A stretch of 64,000 bases of DNA from Macrostomum hystrix (GCA_950097015.1 CATNEN010000012.1:1426001-1490000); one strand, 5' to 3'. Shown: positions 1 to 12,149, counted from the first letter of the stretch. Notes: generated from the sequence alone by a model not told the origin. Numbers and translations: made by a program.

Positions 1-129
1 AAATGAGACGAAATGATGGCTTGGGTGGGCGCGGATGTCATGAAAGTAAGAAGCAAACTGACAACTCGTTTGCGTCACGTGACACGCACAAAATTGTGAT
101 ATGTACCGTCACAGTCTTTAAGATTCTGC

Positions 130-345
130 GCGCAAATTGCTTATTAGAAAGTCACGTGACTATAAATTTCAAAATTCTGTGCACAAATTGCAGATTGGAA
201 AGTCACGTGACCAATTCCAAGATTCTGTACGCACATTGCCGATTAGAAAGTCACGTGACCGATTCCAAGGTTCTGTACACACGTTGCAGACTAGAAAGGC
301 ACGTGACCAATTTCAAGGTTCTGTACACACGTTGCAGATCAGAAA
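130..345. repeat. 48-51 bp tandem repeat (about 4.5 copies), each unit carrying the palindrome GTCACGTGAC or a near copy
   Basis: GTCACGTGAC at 151, 202 and 250, and GGCACGTGAC at 298 (spacings 51/48/48). An isolated extra copy lies at 74-83. Confidence 0.85.
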
Positions 346-1460
346 GGGGGGCTAAATTGCTAGTTTAGATACTAAAGTTCGCAGAGGGCAGATCTTAGCA
401 AGACGCCGCCACACAAGCCTTTTCATTCGCCGCCTTAAAGTACGTCTAGTAAAAGTACAACTGGATATTTGTACTCGGATTTCTCCCACATCGCTCCCGA
501 GCTTCCCAGCCACCGGCCCGAAGTCATCAATTATCATTCTGGAAATCCGATACCCACCTGTCAAAAATTATGTCAATCAAGAAGTTATTTGTTTGCTTGA
601 TTCTCTTTTTCGTTGTGTTACTTAAAATGTTGCTAATCTCTGTGATTTGTTTTCTACCGTGCAGTGATAAGCAGTTTTGTTTTTTTATATTAATTTAATT
701 ACGCATAATTATGCATTGAAAATATTGCTTTTCAATTCGCTGTAAGGAGTAAGGTAAAAAGCATGCGCCAATCATACTACTCGTGATCAACCGCGTATTT
801 AGAGCATTTTTGTCTAACTTAACAGTACATGTGTTGAGCTTGAATAAGACATTTTTGTTTAGGCAGGAAAAAACCAGTGCATACTCAATAAAATACACCG
901 GGTAGTCTTCGAAACGTACGAATCTTAACCTTAGTTGAACAATTTGATATTCAACCTTTTTATACTTGAAGGCTTTGAAGTGGCAGATCATGCTACTGAA
1001 CTGCAGTAGTCTGTGCCGCGCAACAGAAGTAAAAGTATTTTTGTTTAATTAACATCACAAAAATATGTTTCGCAATCCGGATAAGCACGATGGTTAAAAA
1101 ACACCATCGAATAGCTCTACTGGTCTGTGAGTAGTGCAGTTATAATTTCTCTTCGAAGTAAAATGCTAGTAAAAAGTTAACAAATCTAATATTCCTGAAT
1201 TAATTTATAGCGGATGGCAAAGAATAGAGACAGAAAAAAGACTTCAACACATGAAAGAGACAGGAACAAAGACTTGACACATAGAATAAAGACATGAACA
1301 AAGAATCAACACATGTAATAGAGACGGCAACAGAGACTCAACGCAGGATAGTGACAGGAACAAAGACCACATAGAATAGAGACGGGAATAGAATAGAGAG
1401 AACAAAGAATCAGTACACTTAATAGAGAGAGAAGACAGAACAAAGACACGCGCTCCTAGG

Positions 1461-4400
1461 CTAGGAGAGGGTCTCGGCCGCGGTCGCCCAAAGATCCCTG
1501 ACGGCTAGCAGAGCCCAGAGCAGGCAGAGGCGGCAGCGAAGACGCAGCCAGTCGCGCCAGTCGGCGGAGGCCCAACTGTCCGTGGCGAGTGTCCGCAGAC
1601 AGGCCTGAGTGAGCAGGGTGAAAGACAGGCCGGGCCCAAATCTCTGCCGGCCAGTGAGGCGGTGTTCGATGCCACGCAGGAGGTCGTTGGCTTTGAATAG
1701 GAGCAGCATCTGGCGTGGCACCGACTCCAGCACCTGCGTCATCTGCGGCAGGTGACGCCCGGCGTCCGATTGAATCGACTGGTGGGTAATTGGTCATAGG
1801 AGGGCTTTACATTTTGCAAGACCAAAACTACTTTTGATCAGTAGTATATCGAAGACTGAATTAAATGTACGAGCGTAGGTGAGAATTTGGCGACTCAAAC
1901 TACATGGGATGAGAATTTGGCGACTCAAACTACCTGGGGATGAGATTTTGGCGACTCAAACTACCTAGGGATGAGATTTTGGCGACTTAAACTACATGGG
2001 ATGAGATTTTGGCGACTCAAACTACCTGGGGATGAGATTTTGGCGACTCAAACTACATGGGATGAGATTTTGGCGACTCAAACTACCTGGGGATGAGATT
2101 TTGGCGACTCAAACTACCTGTAATGAGATTTTGGCCACTCAAACTACCTGGAATGAGAATTTGGCGACTCAAACTACCTGGGGATGAGATTTTGGCGACT
2201 CAAACTACCTGGGTGAGATTTTGGCGACTCAAACTACCTGGGGTGAGATTTTGGCGACTCAAACTACCTGGGTGAGATTTTGGCGACTCAAACTACCTGG
2301 GTGAGATTTTGGCGACTTAAACTACCTGGGGATGAGATTTTGTCGACTCAAACTACCTAGGGATGAGATTTTGGCGACTCAAACTACATGGGATGAGAAT
2401 TTGGCGACTCAAACTACCTGGGGTGAGATTTTTTGCGACTCAAACTACCTGGGGTGAGATTTTTTGCGACTCAAATTACTTGGGGTGAGATTATGGGGAC
2501 TCAACCTACCTGGGGTGAGATTTTGGCGACTCAAACTACCTGGGGTGAGATTTTTTGCGACTCAAATTACTTGGGGTGAGATTTTGGCGACTCAAACTAC
2601 CTGGGGTGAGATTTTTTGCGACTCAAATTACTTGGGGTGAGATTATGGCGACTCAAACTACCTGGGGTGAGATTTTTTGCGACTCAAATTACTTGGGGTG
2701 AGATTATGGCGACTCAAACTACCTGGGGTGAGATTTTGGCGACTCAAATTGCCTGGCAAAGGGGTCGCACTAATTTACCTGCTCCTCCTCAGCTGAGAAC
2801 TCGCTCTTGCTGACTCCGGCAGACACGGCCGACCAGGAGCGGCCGCTCACCATGCATGCAAAGAGGCCGTACAGCCGGCCGCAGCCGAGGCTGCTAGCGC
2901 TGGCCTGAATGCCCGCCAGATCGCCGTCGATAATTGCGCGCCAAAGGCGGCAGTAGGACAGGCGGAAGTCCGGAGTCAGGCGGCTGTACAGGCCATGATC
3001 TAGCAGTACTAGGCGGACACCTGACCGAATGGATGTGTGAGATGGAGGATTCTGAGCGATACTTATATAGATGTGCTTGGGAATGCTTTGGGAATAGGAT
3101 AGTTCAATGTGTGCTACTGGGTGAATTTCTAATGGGATATTCTTAGAAGGGGCAAAATGCATATTTTAAAGAAGTAAGGTAAGATAGAAAAAATGTCATG
3201 TAAGGATATAAAAGGAAATTTTTATCGCGATCTGGTGAAAAAATATCTCAATGGGTATTTCAAGGAATTTGTAAAAGGAAAATTTCAGGAAAATTTTAAA
3301 AGGGATATTTTTAAGAATAGTAAAAAATAGGTATTTCTAGGAATGGTCAGAGGGATATTTTTGGGAATTTTTAAATAGTGATATTTCTAGTAATAGTAAA
3401 ATGTGATATTTTAAGGAATAGTAAAAGGGCTATTCCTAGAAATAGTAAAATGGGTATTTCTAGGAATAGTAAAATGGGTATTTCTAGGAATAGTAAAATG
3501 GGTATTTCTAGGAATAGTAAAATGGGTATTTCTAGGAATAGTAAAAATGGGTATTTCTAGGAATAGTAAGAGTTATTCCTAGAAATAGTAAAATGGGTAT
3601 TTCTAGGAATAGTAAGAGTCTAGGAACGCATGAACATGTTTCGAGTAATGCAAGATTGACTACTTCAAGCAAAGCCATACGCGGGCATATTCTAAGTAGT
3701 GCTAATTAAATACTTGAAAGTAACTCTAAGGGAAAGTTGCACAGTATTTATGAACGTTATGGGATAATTACTGTCACCAACAGCGGGATAATTATCTAAA
3801 CTGGTTTTGATATTTCTCAAGGTGAAAGTTACACTGGAAACTCACCAGACGGAAGTGCCGGGTCGGGCCGAACCAGCAGATTGCCGGGATGGGGATCGCT
3901 GTGTACAAAGCCGCTGGAGAACATCATGCAGCTATAAAGCTCATTCACCTGCTTAACTATCTGCCATTTGTCAAGCCTGTGAGCTTGAATATAGGCCAAG
4001 TCGTCAATTTGGCCGCCAACGCACATTTCCATGACCAGCACTCGCCTACTGACCAGGCCAGCGATTGGCCGGGGGATCTCCAGCCAGGGAAAGCGGGCGC
4101 AGTACAGGCTCCTAGCCAGCTCCATGTTGCCGGCCTCGGCTGCGAAATCTAGCTCGCGCGGCAGGTTCCGCCTGGTCTCCTCGACTAGCCAGCGGAAGTG
4201 AAAGTCTGAGAATAGGCGGGACACAATGCTAACTAGCCAGTCCATTGTGGCCATGTCTGCCTGGGACCTGGCCAGCACATCCGGGTGCTGCACCTTCACT
4301 GCTACGGCTGTGCCGTCCAGGAGCTGCGCCCGGTGCACCTGCGCCAGAGAGGCAGCGCCGCAGGGCGTGGGTTCGATGCTGAGGAAGATGCTGTCAAACT

Positions 4401-6246
4401 GGATTTACGAGTAGATGGGAGGATAAATTGTGGTTAGATTAGACAAGAGAGGATAATAATAACGTAATTTAGTGCCACAGCCAGCTTCTGTTAAATGGAA
4501 CTTTCCACCCTTTCAAATGGAATTCTCCACTATTTTAAGTTGAAACTTCCACTCTTATAAATGAAAGTTTCCACTCTTTTAAATGGAATTCTCCACTATT
4601 TTAAGTTGAAACTTCCACTCTTATAAATGAAAGTTTCCACTCTTTCAAATGGAATTCTCCACTATTTTAAGTTGAAACTTCCACTCTTATAAATGAAAGT
4701 TTCCACTCTTTTAAATGGAATTCTCCACTATTTTAAGTTGAAACTTCCACTCTTATAAATGAAAGTTTCCACTCTTTTAAATGGAATTCTCCACTATTTT
4801 AAGTTGAAACTTCCACTCTTATAAATGAAAGTTTCCACTCTTTTAAATGGAAGTTTCCACCCTTTTAAATGGAAGTTTCCACCCTTTTAAATGAAACTTT
4901 CCACCCTTTTAAATGAAACTTTCCACTCTTATAAATGAAACTTTCCACTCTTATAAATGAAACTTTCCACTCTTATAAATGGAAGTTTCCACTCTTTTAA
5001 ATGAAACTTTCCACTCTTATAAATGAAACTTTCCACTCTTATAAATGAAACTTTCCACTCTTATAAATGGAAGTTTCCACTCTTATAAATGAAACTTTCC
5101 ACTCTTATAAATGAAACTTTCCACTCTTTTAAATGGAAGTTTCCACTCTTATAAAAGGAAGTTTCCACTATTTTCATAGCAGCTTTCCAATATATTTTAA
5201 AGAAATTACTTTTACTCCTACTCTCTTTCAATGGAACTTTTCGCTCATTGCTTATGGAATTTTCCTCTAGTTTCTGATAGAATTTTCTACGTTTTTACTT
5301 AAATTTACACTATTTTCTATTCGAATTTCGTTCGATTCCTTTGCAATATTAAAACTGCAGGAGGGCTGTAAATCAGGGGGTGGGTGGCAGAGCGGTTGCC
5401 TCTCGCACCAAGGTCCCTAAGTTCGATTCGACGGCGAGGCCACATTTATTTGGGGCGCAGCCGCGGAGAGAAGGCTTGGGGGCTTGTCGTGCAATTTACA
5501 CCCTTGAGGGCCAACCTCCAAGGCACAGTTAAATGTACAAGGCAGATGTACACACCTGTGTGAGCGTGTGCCTGCGTACAGTATCTGTGTGCTCAGGAGT
5601 CATCGAAATGAGCAGAATTGCCTCCTAGCTGGCTGCGGGTCCAGTGTCACTCAATAATGTGCCATTGCCCGCAGCCCTCCAGCAATTATTATTATTATTA
5701 GTAGTAGTAGTAGTAGTATTAGGGCTGTAAATCCGCAAGACGTTGACCTTGAGAGCAATACACAGACAAAGTGCGCGGGATGAGGTGACAGTTGATCAGA
5801 TCGAGTTCGACACTCACTGGCCTGCCAAAGTCCTCCCCGATGACCTGGCGCACCTCGTCAACGGTGGAGGCGGGGGCGTCGCTATGCAGGCGGCCCAGCA
5901 CGCGGGTGTAAGGCTCGGGCAGCAGGTAGTTGAGCGCAGCCAGGTGCTGGCCGACCTTGACAAAGCAGCCGCGGTTCAGGCAGCAGAGCCGGTGCAGCCG
6001 GTTGGCGGAGCGCTCGTGAACCGCGGCGATGACGGCAGCGTAGTCCGGCGAGTCCGCCTGCAGCCCGGCCAGGCTCCATTTGTAGTCGGCGGCGATGCGA
6101 GCCACCGTCAGGCCGGCCCGGCCGAATCGGAGAGCGCCGGCACCCGAGTCAACCAGCTGCTGGCCGGCTTCGGTATTTGACGCAGCGAGGGCCGCGGCAC
6201 CGGCGAATGCGGCACCTGCTGCAAGTAATTTTGTCGGTCGCCGATA
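1461..6246 (-). CDS. ADCK1: aarF-domain (ABC1/UbiB family) atypical kinase 1, about 514 aa, 4 coding exons
   Basis: Exons 6246-5818, 4398-3846, 3020-2779, 1778-1461, all GT-AG and phase-consistent. Motifs: LCCLNRGCFVKVGQHL, AASLAQVHRA, VAVKVQHP, LPRELDF, FVHSDPHPGNLLV, LVLLDHGLY, VPRQMLLLFKANDLLRGIE. No in-frame ATG at the start of the first exon (see findings). Confidence 0.9.
1881..2756. repeat. 31-32 bp minisatellite filling ADCK1 intron 3
   Basis: Unit GATGAGATTTTGGCGACTCAAACTACCTGGG repeated throughout. Confidence 0.95.
3300..3620. repeat. 24 bp minisatellite in ADCK1 intron 2
   Basis: Unit AATAGTAAAATGGGTATTTCTAGG; clean from about 3440, degenerate to the left. Confidence 0.85.
4495..5170. 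repeat. 22 bp minisatellite with a 66 bp higher-order block, ADCK1 intron 1
   Basis: Unit TTCCACTCTTATAAATGAAACT. Three variant 22-mers recur with period 66 (AAATGGAATT at 4515, 4581, ...). Confidence 0.95.
5375..5720 (+). mobile_element. tRNA-derived SINE (family A), near full length, with 13 bp TSD
   Basis: A box GTGGCAGAGCGG, B box GTTCGATTC, body shared with other copies in the window, (ATT)n/(AGT)n tail. TSD AGGGCTGTAAATC at 5362-5374 and 5721-5733. Confidence 0.9.
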
Positions 6247-6267
6247 CTGCAAAATTGATAATTAAAA
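6247..6267 (-). other. 3' splice acceptor at the 5' end of ADCK1 (candidate SL trans-splice site)
   Basis: Minus strand TTTTAATTATCAATTTTGCAG|TAT CGG CGA; phase 0 with the ADCK1 ORF. Confidence 0.6.
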
Positions 6268-6514
6268 CAGAATAAGGATTTTCTTTCGAATCAGTCTATT
6301 CTGTCAGTCACCGTATCTTCAATATTATAGGCGTTGAACATTTGATAACCATTGCTGCGCTGATGTACAGGGAAGCCACTGTCATCTAGTTTTTAGATCT
6401 AGTAATCTAGATCTGTAGTCATCTGGTATTTGGTATCTGGTATTTGGCAGTATATCTGTATTTGGCATCTGGTATCTGTAGTCAGTAGTTAAATCATTTA
6501 GCGCCAGCTCGCAG

Positions 6515-6790
6515 TCTGCACCCACCCCACTCCGCACCCACCTCACTCCACAGTCCGCACTCACCCACTCCGCAGTCCACACCCACCCCACTCCGCAGTC
6601 CGCACCCACCCCACTCCGCATAACGCACCCACCCCAATCCGCAGTCCGCACTCACCGCACTCCGCAGTCCGCACTCACCCACTCCGCAGTCCACACCCAC
6701 CCCACTCTGCAGTCCACACCCACCCCACTCCGCAGTCCGCACCCACCCCACTCCGCATAACGCACCCACCCCAATCCGCAAAGTCATCCG
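6515..6790. repeat. C-rich (G-rich on minus strand) about 23 bp minisatellite upstream of ADCK1
   Basis: Unit CGCACCCACCCCACTCCGCAGTC with length variants. Confidence 0.9.
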
Positions 6791-7578
6791 CATAGATGAC
6801 TAGAACTTAATGCCTATATACTGCCCACCCTGTTTTCTTTACTAACAGCACCCCCGCGCCAGCGGTCGCCTACACACGCCGACCACTTGTTTAAGAGTTT
6901 GGCCTTCGTTACAAGTAAATAAAAAGAAGCTAGAACAACAGAATTTTGCATAAAAAGATTCTGGATAGGTATAATTATGATAAATAGATACTTTGGACCT
7001 ATTCACTTTTTATTGTGTAGCAGGCAGAATACACAGAAGCCATTTTGCACAAAATACGTCAGTCCAGGGCCAAAGTTTCGAGAATATATTACCTCGCAGT
7101 AGTAATAAGAAACTCACAATGAAAGATCAAAACACATGAATTTACAGCCCTATAAATACGAGAGTAATTTCAGTTTTTATAACTCGGATAATTACAAAGA
7201 TAGAGATCAGATGTGAATTAATTACGAAATTCTTCATTTTAGCCACAATATAATGTTGATCAAAGGCCATGAATAAGTTAATAAAAAGTTACTAAATTAA
7301 CATTCGATCAAAAAGTCGTACATATAAAGTAATGCACAGTTTTGGCTGAAAATGTCCTTAACAGATATACACGTGGCACACGCATAAATATGACTGACAT
7401 GCAGGCTACTCGAGATTGTTGTAACTTTTATTTACTTCCGGGATCCACAAAATCAAAGGAAACTGATTGAAGCAACCTATTAAATCACGAGCAAGAAGTT
7501 TTAGAGCAGGAACTTGAGTCGATTATCATTTTTTAGTTTTTTATCCAAATATACTCGAAAAATTAACTAGCACCTACC

Positions 7579-7920
7579 GCTACATATCGGATTAGTTCTG
7601 ATCATCTAGCATCGCTACATATCGGATTAGCTCTGATCATCTAGCATCGTTACATATCGGATTAGCTCTGATCATCTAGCATCGCTATATATCGGATTAG
7701 CTCTGATCATCTAGCATCGCTACATATCGGATTAGCTCTGATCATCTAGCATCGCTATATATCGGATTAGCTCTGATCATCTAGCATCGCTACATATCGG
7801 ATTAGCTCTGATCATCTAGCATCGCTACATATCGGATTAGCTCTGATCATCTAGCATCGCTACATATCGGATTAGCTCTGATCATCTAGCATCGCTACAT
7901 ATCGGATTAGCTCTGATCAT
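7579..7920. repeat. 35 bp minisatellite (about 10 copies) between TMEM192-like and ADCK1
   Basis: Unit GCTACATATCGGATTAGCTCTGATCATCTAGCATC. Confidence 0.95.
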
Positions 7921-8107
7921 CATGCATTACTGCATATTGGGCTAAGAATATAATAGCAAAGATTTAAATGTTTGACGCTAAAAGACCAAAGACAGGCCAG
8001 TGATGCGTGATCCTCATTGTACAGGCAAGTGCTGATATTGGTGCATATGGTTTGATAAGAGCCCTTGTCCCTACAACAGGAACCCTGGAGTCGCTAAGCG
8101 AAACAGT

Positions 8108-10847
8108 TCAAGCAACAGGGTGTTGCTCCAGCAGCTCTCTTTGCCTATGCATAAGTTCTTGTTCGACTCGATAAACTCGTCTTGTAAGGCGACTATTGCG
8201 CAATCTCAGGTAGCCAATCAGAGAAGCCTGTTTAGCCAGGAGCTCGTCCATTGGATGCTGCTGCTGTTGCTGACCGGGCTGAGATAACTGACGACTTAAC
8301 CGTCTAGAACTAGACTGTCGATCATTGAAGGAGCCGATGTCTGCTACATTGAGTCTACCAGAGTTGGCCAAGTGTTCGAAGCCAGCAAACTCATCGGACT
8401 GCTGAGCATCCGGCTCGGATTCTTGTTCGACAGCAGCTGCCGAATTCGACTGGCCCTCCGAGTAGGCGTCGGGAGCGGGTGAGGCGGCCACCGCCGATCT
8501 CAGACGCCGCAGTAGCAGCCACAACAGCAGGCCGGTATAGGCGACTGACTCGCAGGCGATAATCAGCATTGCCAGGTGCTGCGGATGCAGCGGGCCGAGG
8601 CAAGCGCCGCCGCCGTCGACATTAGCGACTTCGTCCGGGCAGAGCGATGCGCATAGGCTGAGAACCGCTGACAGACAGGCTGTGACTGGAATTCGGAGTT
8701 GTACATAACTGAAGGTGAGAGAGGCACAGAACTGAAGGTGAGAGGCACAGAACTGAAGGTGAGAGAGGCACAGAACTGAAAGTGAGAGAGGTACAGAACT
8801 GAAGGTGAGAGAGGCACAGAACTGAAGGTGAGAGAGGCACAGAACTGAAGGTGAGAGAGGCACAGAACTGAAGGTGAGAGAGGCACAGAACTGAAAGTGA
8901 GAGAGGCACAGAACTGAAGGTGAGAGAGGTACATAACTGAAGGTGAGAGAGGCACATAACTGAAGGTGAGAGAGGTACATAACTGAAGGTGAGAGAGGTA
9001 CATAACTGAAGGTGAGAGAGGCACAGAACTGAAGGTGAGAGAGGTACAGAACTGAAGGTGAGAGAGGCACATAACTGAAGGTGAGAGAGGTACATAACTG
9101 AAGGTGAGAGAGGCACAGAACTGAAGGTGAGAGAGGCACGGAACTGAAGGTGAGAGAGGTACATAACTGAAGGTGAGAGAGGTACATAACTGAAGGTGAG
9201 AGAGGCACAGAACTGAAGGTGAGAGAGGTACAGAACTGAAGGTGAGAGAGGTACATAACTGAAGGTGAGAGAGGCACAGAACTGAAGGTGAGAGAGGCAC
9301 GGAACTGAAGGTGAGAGAGGTACATAACTGAAGGTGAGAGAGGCACAGAACTGAAGGTGAGAGAGGCACAGAACTGAAGGTGAGAGAGGCACAGAACTGA
9401 AGGTGAGAGAGGCACAGAACTGAAAGTGAGAGAGGCACAGAACTGAAGGTGAGAGAGGTACATAACTGAAGGTGAGAGAGGCACATAACTGAAGGTGAGA
9501 GAGGCACAGAACTGAAGGTGAGAGAGGCACAGAACTGAAAGTGAGAGAGACACAGAACTGAAGGTGAGAGAGGCACAGAATTGTGTCGGACTCACAGCAG
9601 GCGCAGGCGATAAACGGAGCCCGAGCCCAGGGCAGGCAGCGCTGGGCCACTCGCAGATAGCCAGTAAGGGTCATCCTGCGGCAGAACCACAACAAGCAGC
9701 GCTGGCAGGTCAGAGCCAGGCAGAACTGCAGACAGTGAACGCAGGCCACGTACGCCAGTTGAAGACGCCAGGCGCAAAGCGGCTCCTCGCTGTAAGGCGA
9801 AACGTCTGCAGTGGTGTTGACGAGTCGCCGCAGCCAGGCGGCTATGGCGCCGCAGCTGTAGGGCAGCCAGAAGTGAAATGAGGCCAGCAGGAGCTGCGGG
9901 TTGCAATTAGTGCTGTTACAATGGGCGTTTGGAGCTTCTTTGATGAGCCGCCGCCAAAACCTAACCCCGAAATGGGTTCTTTGATGAGCCGCCGCCAATA
10001 CCCCCCGAGATGGGTTCTTTGATGAGCCGCCGCCAATACCCCCCGAGATGGGTTCTTTGATGAGCCGCCGCCAATACCCCCCGAGATGGGTTCTTTGATG
10101 AGCCGCCGCCAATACCCCCCGAGATGGGTTCTTTGATGAGCCGCCGCCAATACCCCCCCCGAGATGGGTTCTTTGATGAGCCGCCGCCAATACCCCCCGG
10201 AGTGGGTTCTTTGATGAGCCGCCGCCAATACCTACCAAGATAGGTTCTTTGATGAGCCGCCGCCAATACCTACTGAGATGGGTTCTTTGATGAACCGCCG
10301 CCAATACCCTCCCGAGATAGGTTCTTTGATGAGCCGCCGCCAATACTCCCCACAATGGTTCTTTGATAAGCAACCGCCAATCCTAACGACAAAGCTCTTT
10401 GATGAGCCACCGCAAAAAATGGCTACTTACATAAAGTACCAATGATGCAAGGCAGAAGCAGATGCAGAACAGGTCAGGCCGCCGTTTTCTAAACTGTCTG
10501 CAGCAACAGCAGCAGCGGCTGCAATAGTGTTGATTTGACTCATCTTCGGCATCGTCATCAGCTAGAAAGCGGCGTTCGCGATGGCCAGGACTGAAGCGGA
10601 TGCGATAAGTTCGGGCCTGACCTGGTGGCAGCAACGGAGCATTTGCCGCAGTCGCATTGTCGCCCTCCTCGCCGTAGCCGCCAGCGCTAGTCGAACTGAA
10701 AAAGTCGATATCGTCGCCATTAGCGACGTTGCTTATAGGAAGCGTTGGCGGCTGCCGCTGCTGCTGCGGCAACATCGGCGGAGAACTGTCGCCAGATCCC
10801 GCAGCGGCTGCCGCTTTTAGCGAAGACTGAAAATTTATATGCGACAT
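8108..10847 (-). CDS. TMEM192: TMEM192-like multi-pass (lysosomal-type) membrane protein, about 430 aa, 3 coding exons
   Basis: Exons 10847-10431, 9893-9596, 8685-8108, GT-AG and phase-consistent, encoding about four hydrophobic segments. ...TGYLRV..., ...SPAPDA... and the C-terminal ELLAKQASLIGYLRLRNSRLTRRV resemble the TMEM192 C-terminal coiled coil (EKQxDxIEYLKRHNxLLSKRL), by recalled similarity only. Confidence 0.62.
8708..9580. repeat. 23 bp minisatellite filling TMEM192-like intron 2
   Basis: Unit ACTGAAGGTGAGAGAGGCACAGA. Confidence 0.97.
9935..10410. repeat. 38 bp minisatellite filling TMEM192-like intron 1
   Basis: Unit GGGTTCTTTGATGAGCCGCCGCCAATACCCCCCGAGAT (period 38 at 9974, 10012, 10050). 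Confidence 0.95.
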
Positions 10848-10853
10848 TCTTGA

Positions 10854-10866
10854 CTGATTGAATGCG
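10854..10866 (-). other. 3' splice acceptor 6 nt upstream of the TMEM192-like ATG (candidate SL site)
   Basis: Minus strand GCATTCAATCAG|TCAAGAATG. Confidence 0.4.
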
Positions 10867-10965
10867 ATTACATGAAATAATGTCCAAGCACCTGTTCTTC
10901 AATAGGTAGTGCCTAAATATTATATAAAAAACGTGCTACTTCTTACTGAAACCCAGATACCACAT

Positions 10966-11345
10966 TTACCTTGGAAATGAGCGATTCCTGACAAAGTTAC
11001 CTTGGAAATGAGCGATTCCTGACAAAGTTATCTTGGAAATGGGCGATTACTGACAAAGTTACCTTGGAAATGAGCGATTCCTGACAAAGTTACCTTGGAA
11101 ATGTGTGATTCCTGACAAAGTAACATAGGAAATGAGCGATTCCTGACAAAGTTACCTTGGAAATGAGCGATTCCTGACAAAGTTACCTTGGAAATGAGCG
11201 ATTCCTGACAAAGTTACCTTGGAAATGAGCGATTCCTGACAAAGTTACCTTGGAAATGTGCGATTCCTGACAAAGTAACATAGGAAATGAGCGATTCCTG
11301 ACAAATTTACCTTGGAAATGAGCGATTCCTGACAAAGTAACATGG
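10966..11345. repeat. 31 bp minisatellite upstream of TMEM192-like
   Basis: Unit TTACCTTGGAAATGAGCGATTCCTGACAAAG. Confidence 0.95.
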
Positions 11346-12149
11346 GAAAAAAGCTAGCAAAAAGGAAGACCGATGCTTCTAAAAAATAACAAGGCATTTT
11401 ATTTGACTTAAACAAATAGGGAGCGAATTCAGGGGACACTGGGTTTGCATTCTCGCATACGAAGATAATACAGTAATTACTAGTTAAAAATGACAAACAT
11501 GTTTATTTGATCTTATAAGAAAATAGGGAAAGTTTGATTAAAAGTTAGCAATAATTTTGCTAAACCGACATAAATTCCAACCGAATGCGATTGGACAGAA
11601 ACGGGGGACTGGATGGGTTACCAGTGACGAGAAAGCTTTCAATATATTTATTAAACTGCGAAGCTGGATATTAAAAAAGCTAGCTAAAACTGACTTTAAG
11701 ACTGCCATGCCTAAAGAAAATATGTTAAAACGCTAGCCATACTACTACCAAGCAGCAGAGATACTAAAATTTAACAGCACACTATTAATAGGTGCATAAT
11801 TTATAAAACGCAGATCAACTACAGAATGATAAGACGAAATTAGTCGGACAACTAAATCATATTAAACAAGAAAGCTTTTCTAATCCTGCGCCAGAGGTTG
11901 GTCTGCACCGAGAAACAATGTTACGATAACATTAGAAAAAACCGGATAAAGCACGACATATCAAACATGAAAAGTAAGCAGAACTTATAATTCTTTAAGT
12001 AAGCAGAACATACGAATATAATTGTTTGAGTCTATGCTATGCACCAGCTGCCTGAACGGAACGCTCAGTGTTGGACGCTTTTATGTCTGAAATTTATTAT
12101 GATCATTGCTTGTGAAAAGAATTGATGGATAAGACATACCCTGCACAGA

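Noticed and set aside
352-564. Possible exon or ORF on the minus strand after the acceptor-like TTTTTGACAG
   Set aside because: No recognisable protein similarity and no convincing donor; it could belong to a gene off-window but cannot be supported.
8108-10373. Long ORFs of 337-583 aa spanning 8.1-10.4 kb
   Set aside because: Stop-free readings of the 23 bp and 38 bp arrays fused to real exons; splice sites delimit the true TMEM192-like exons.
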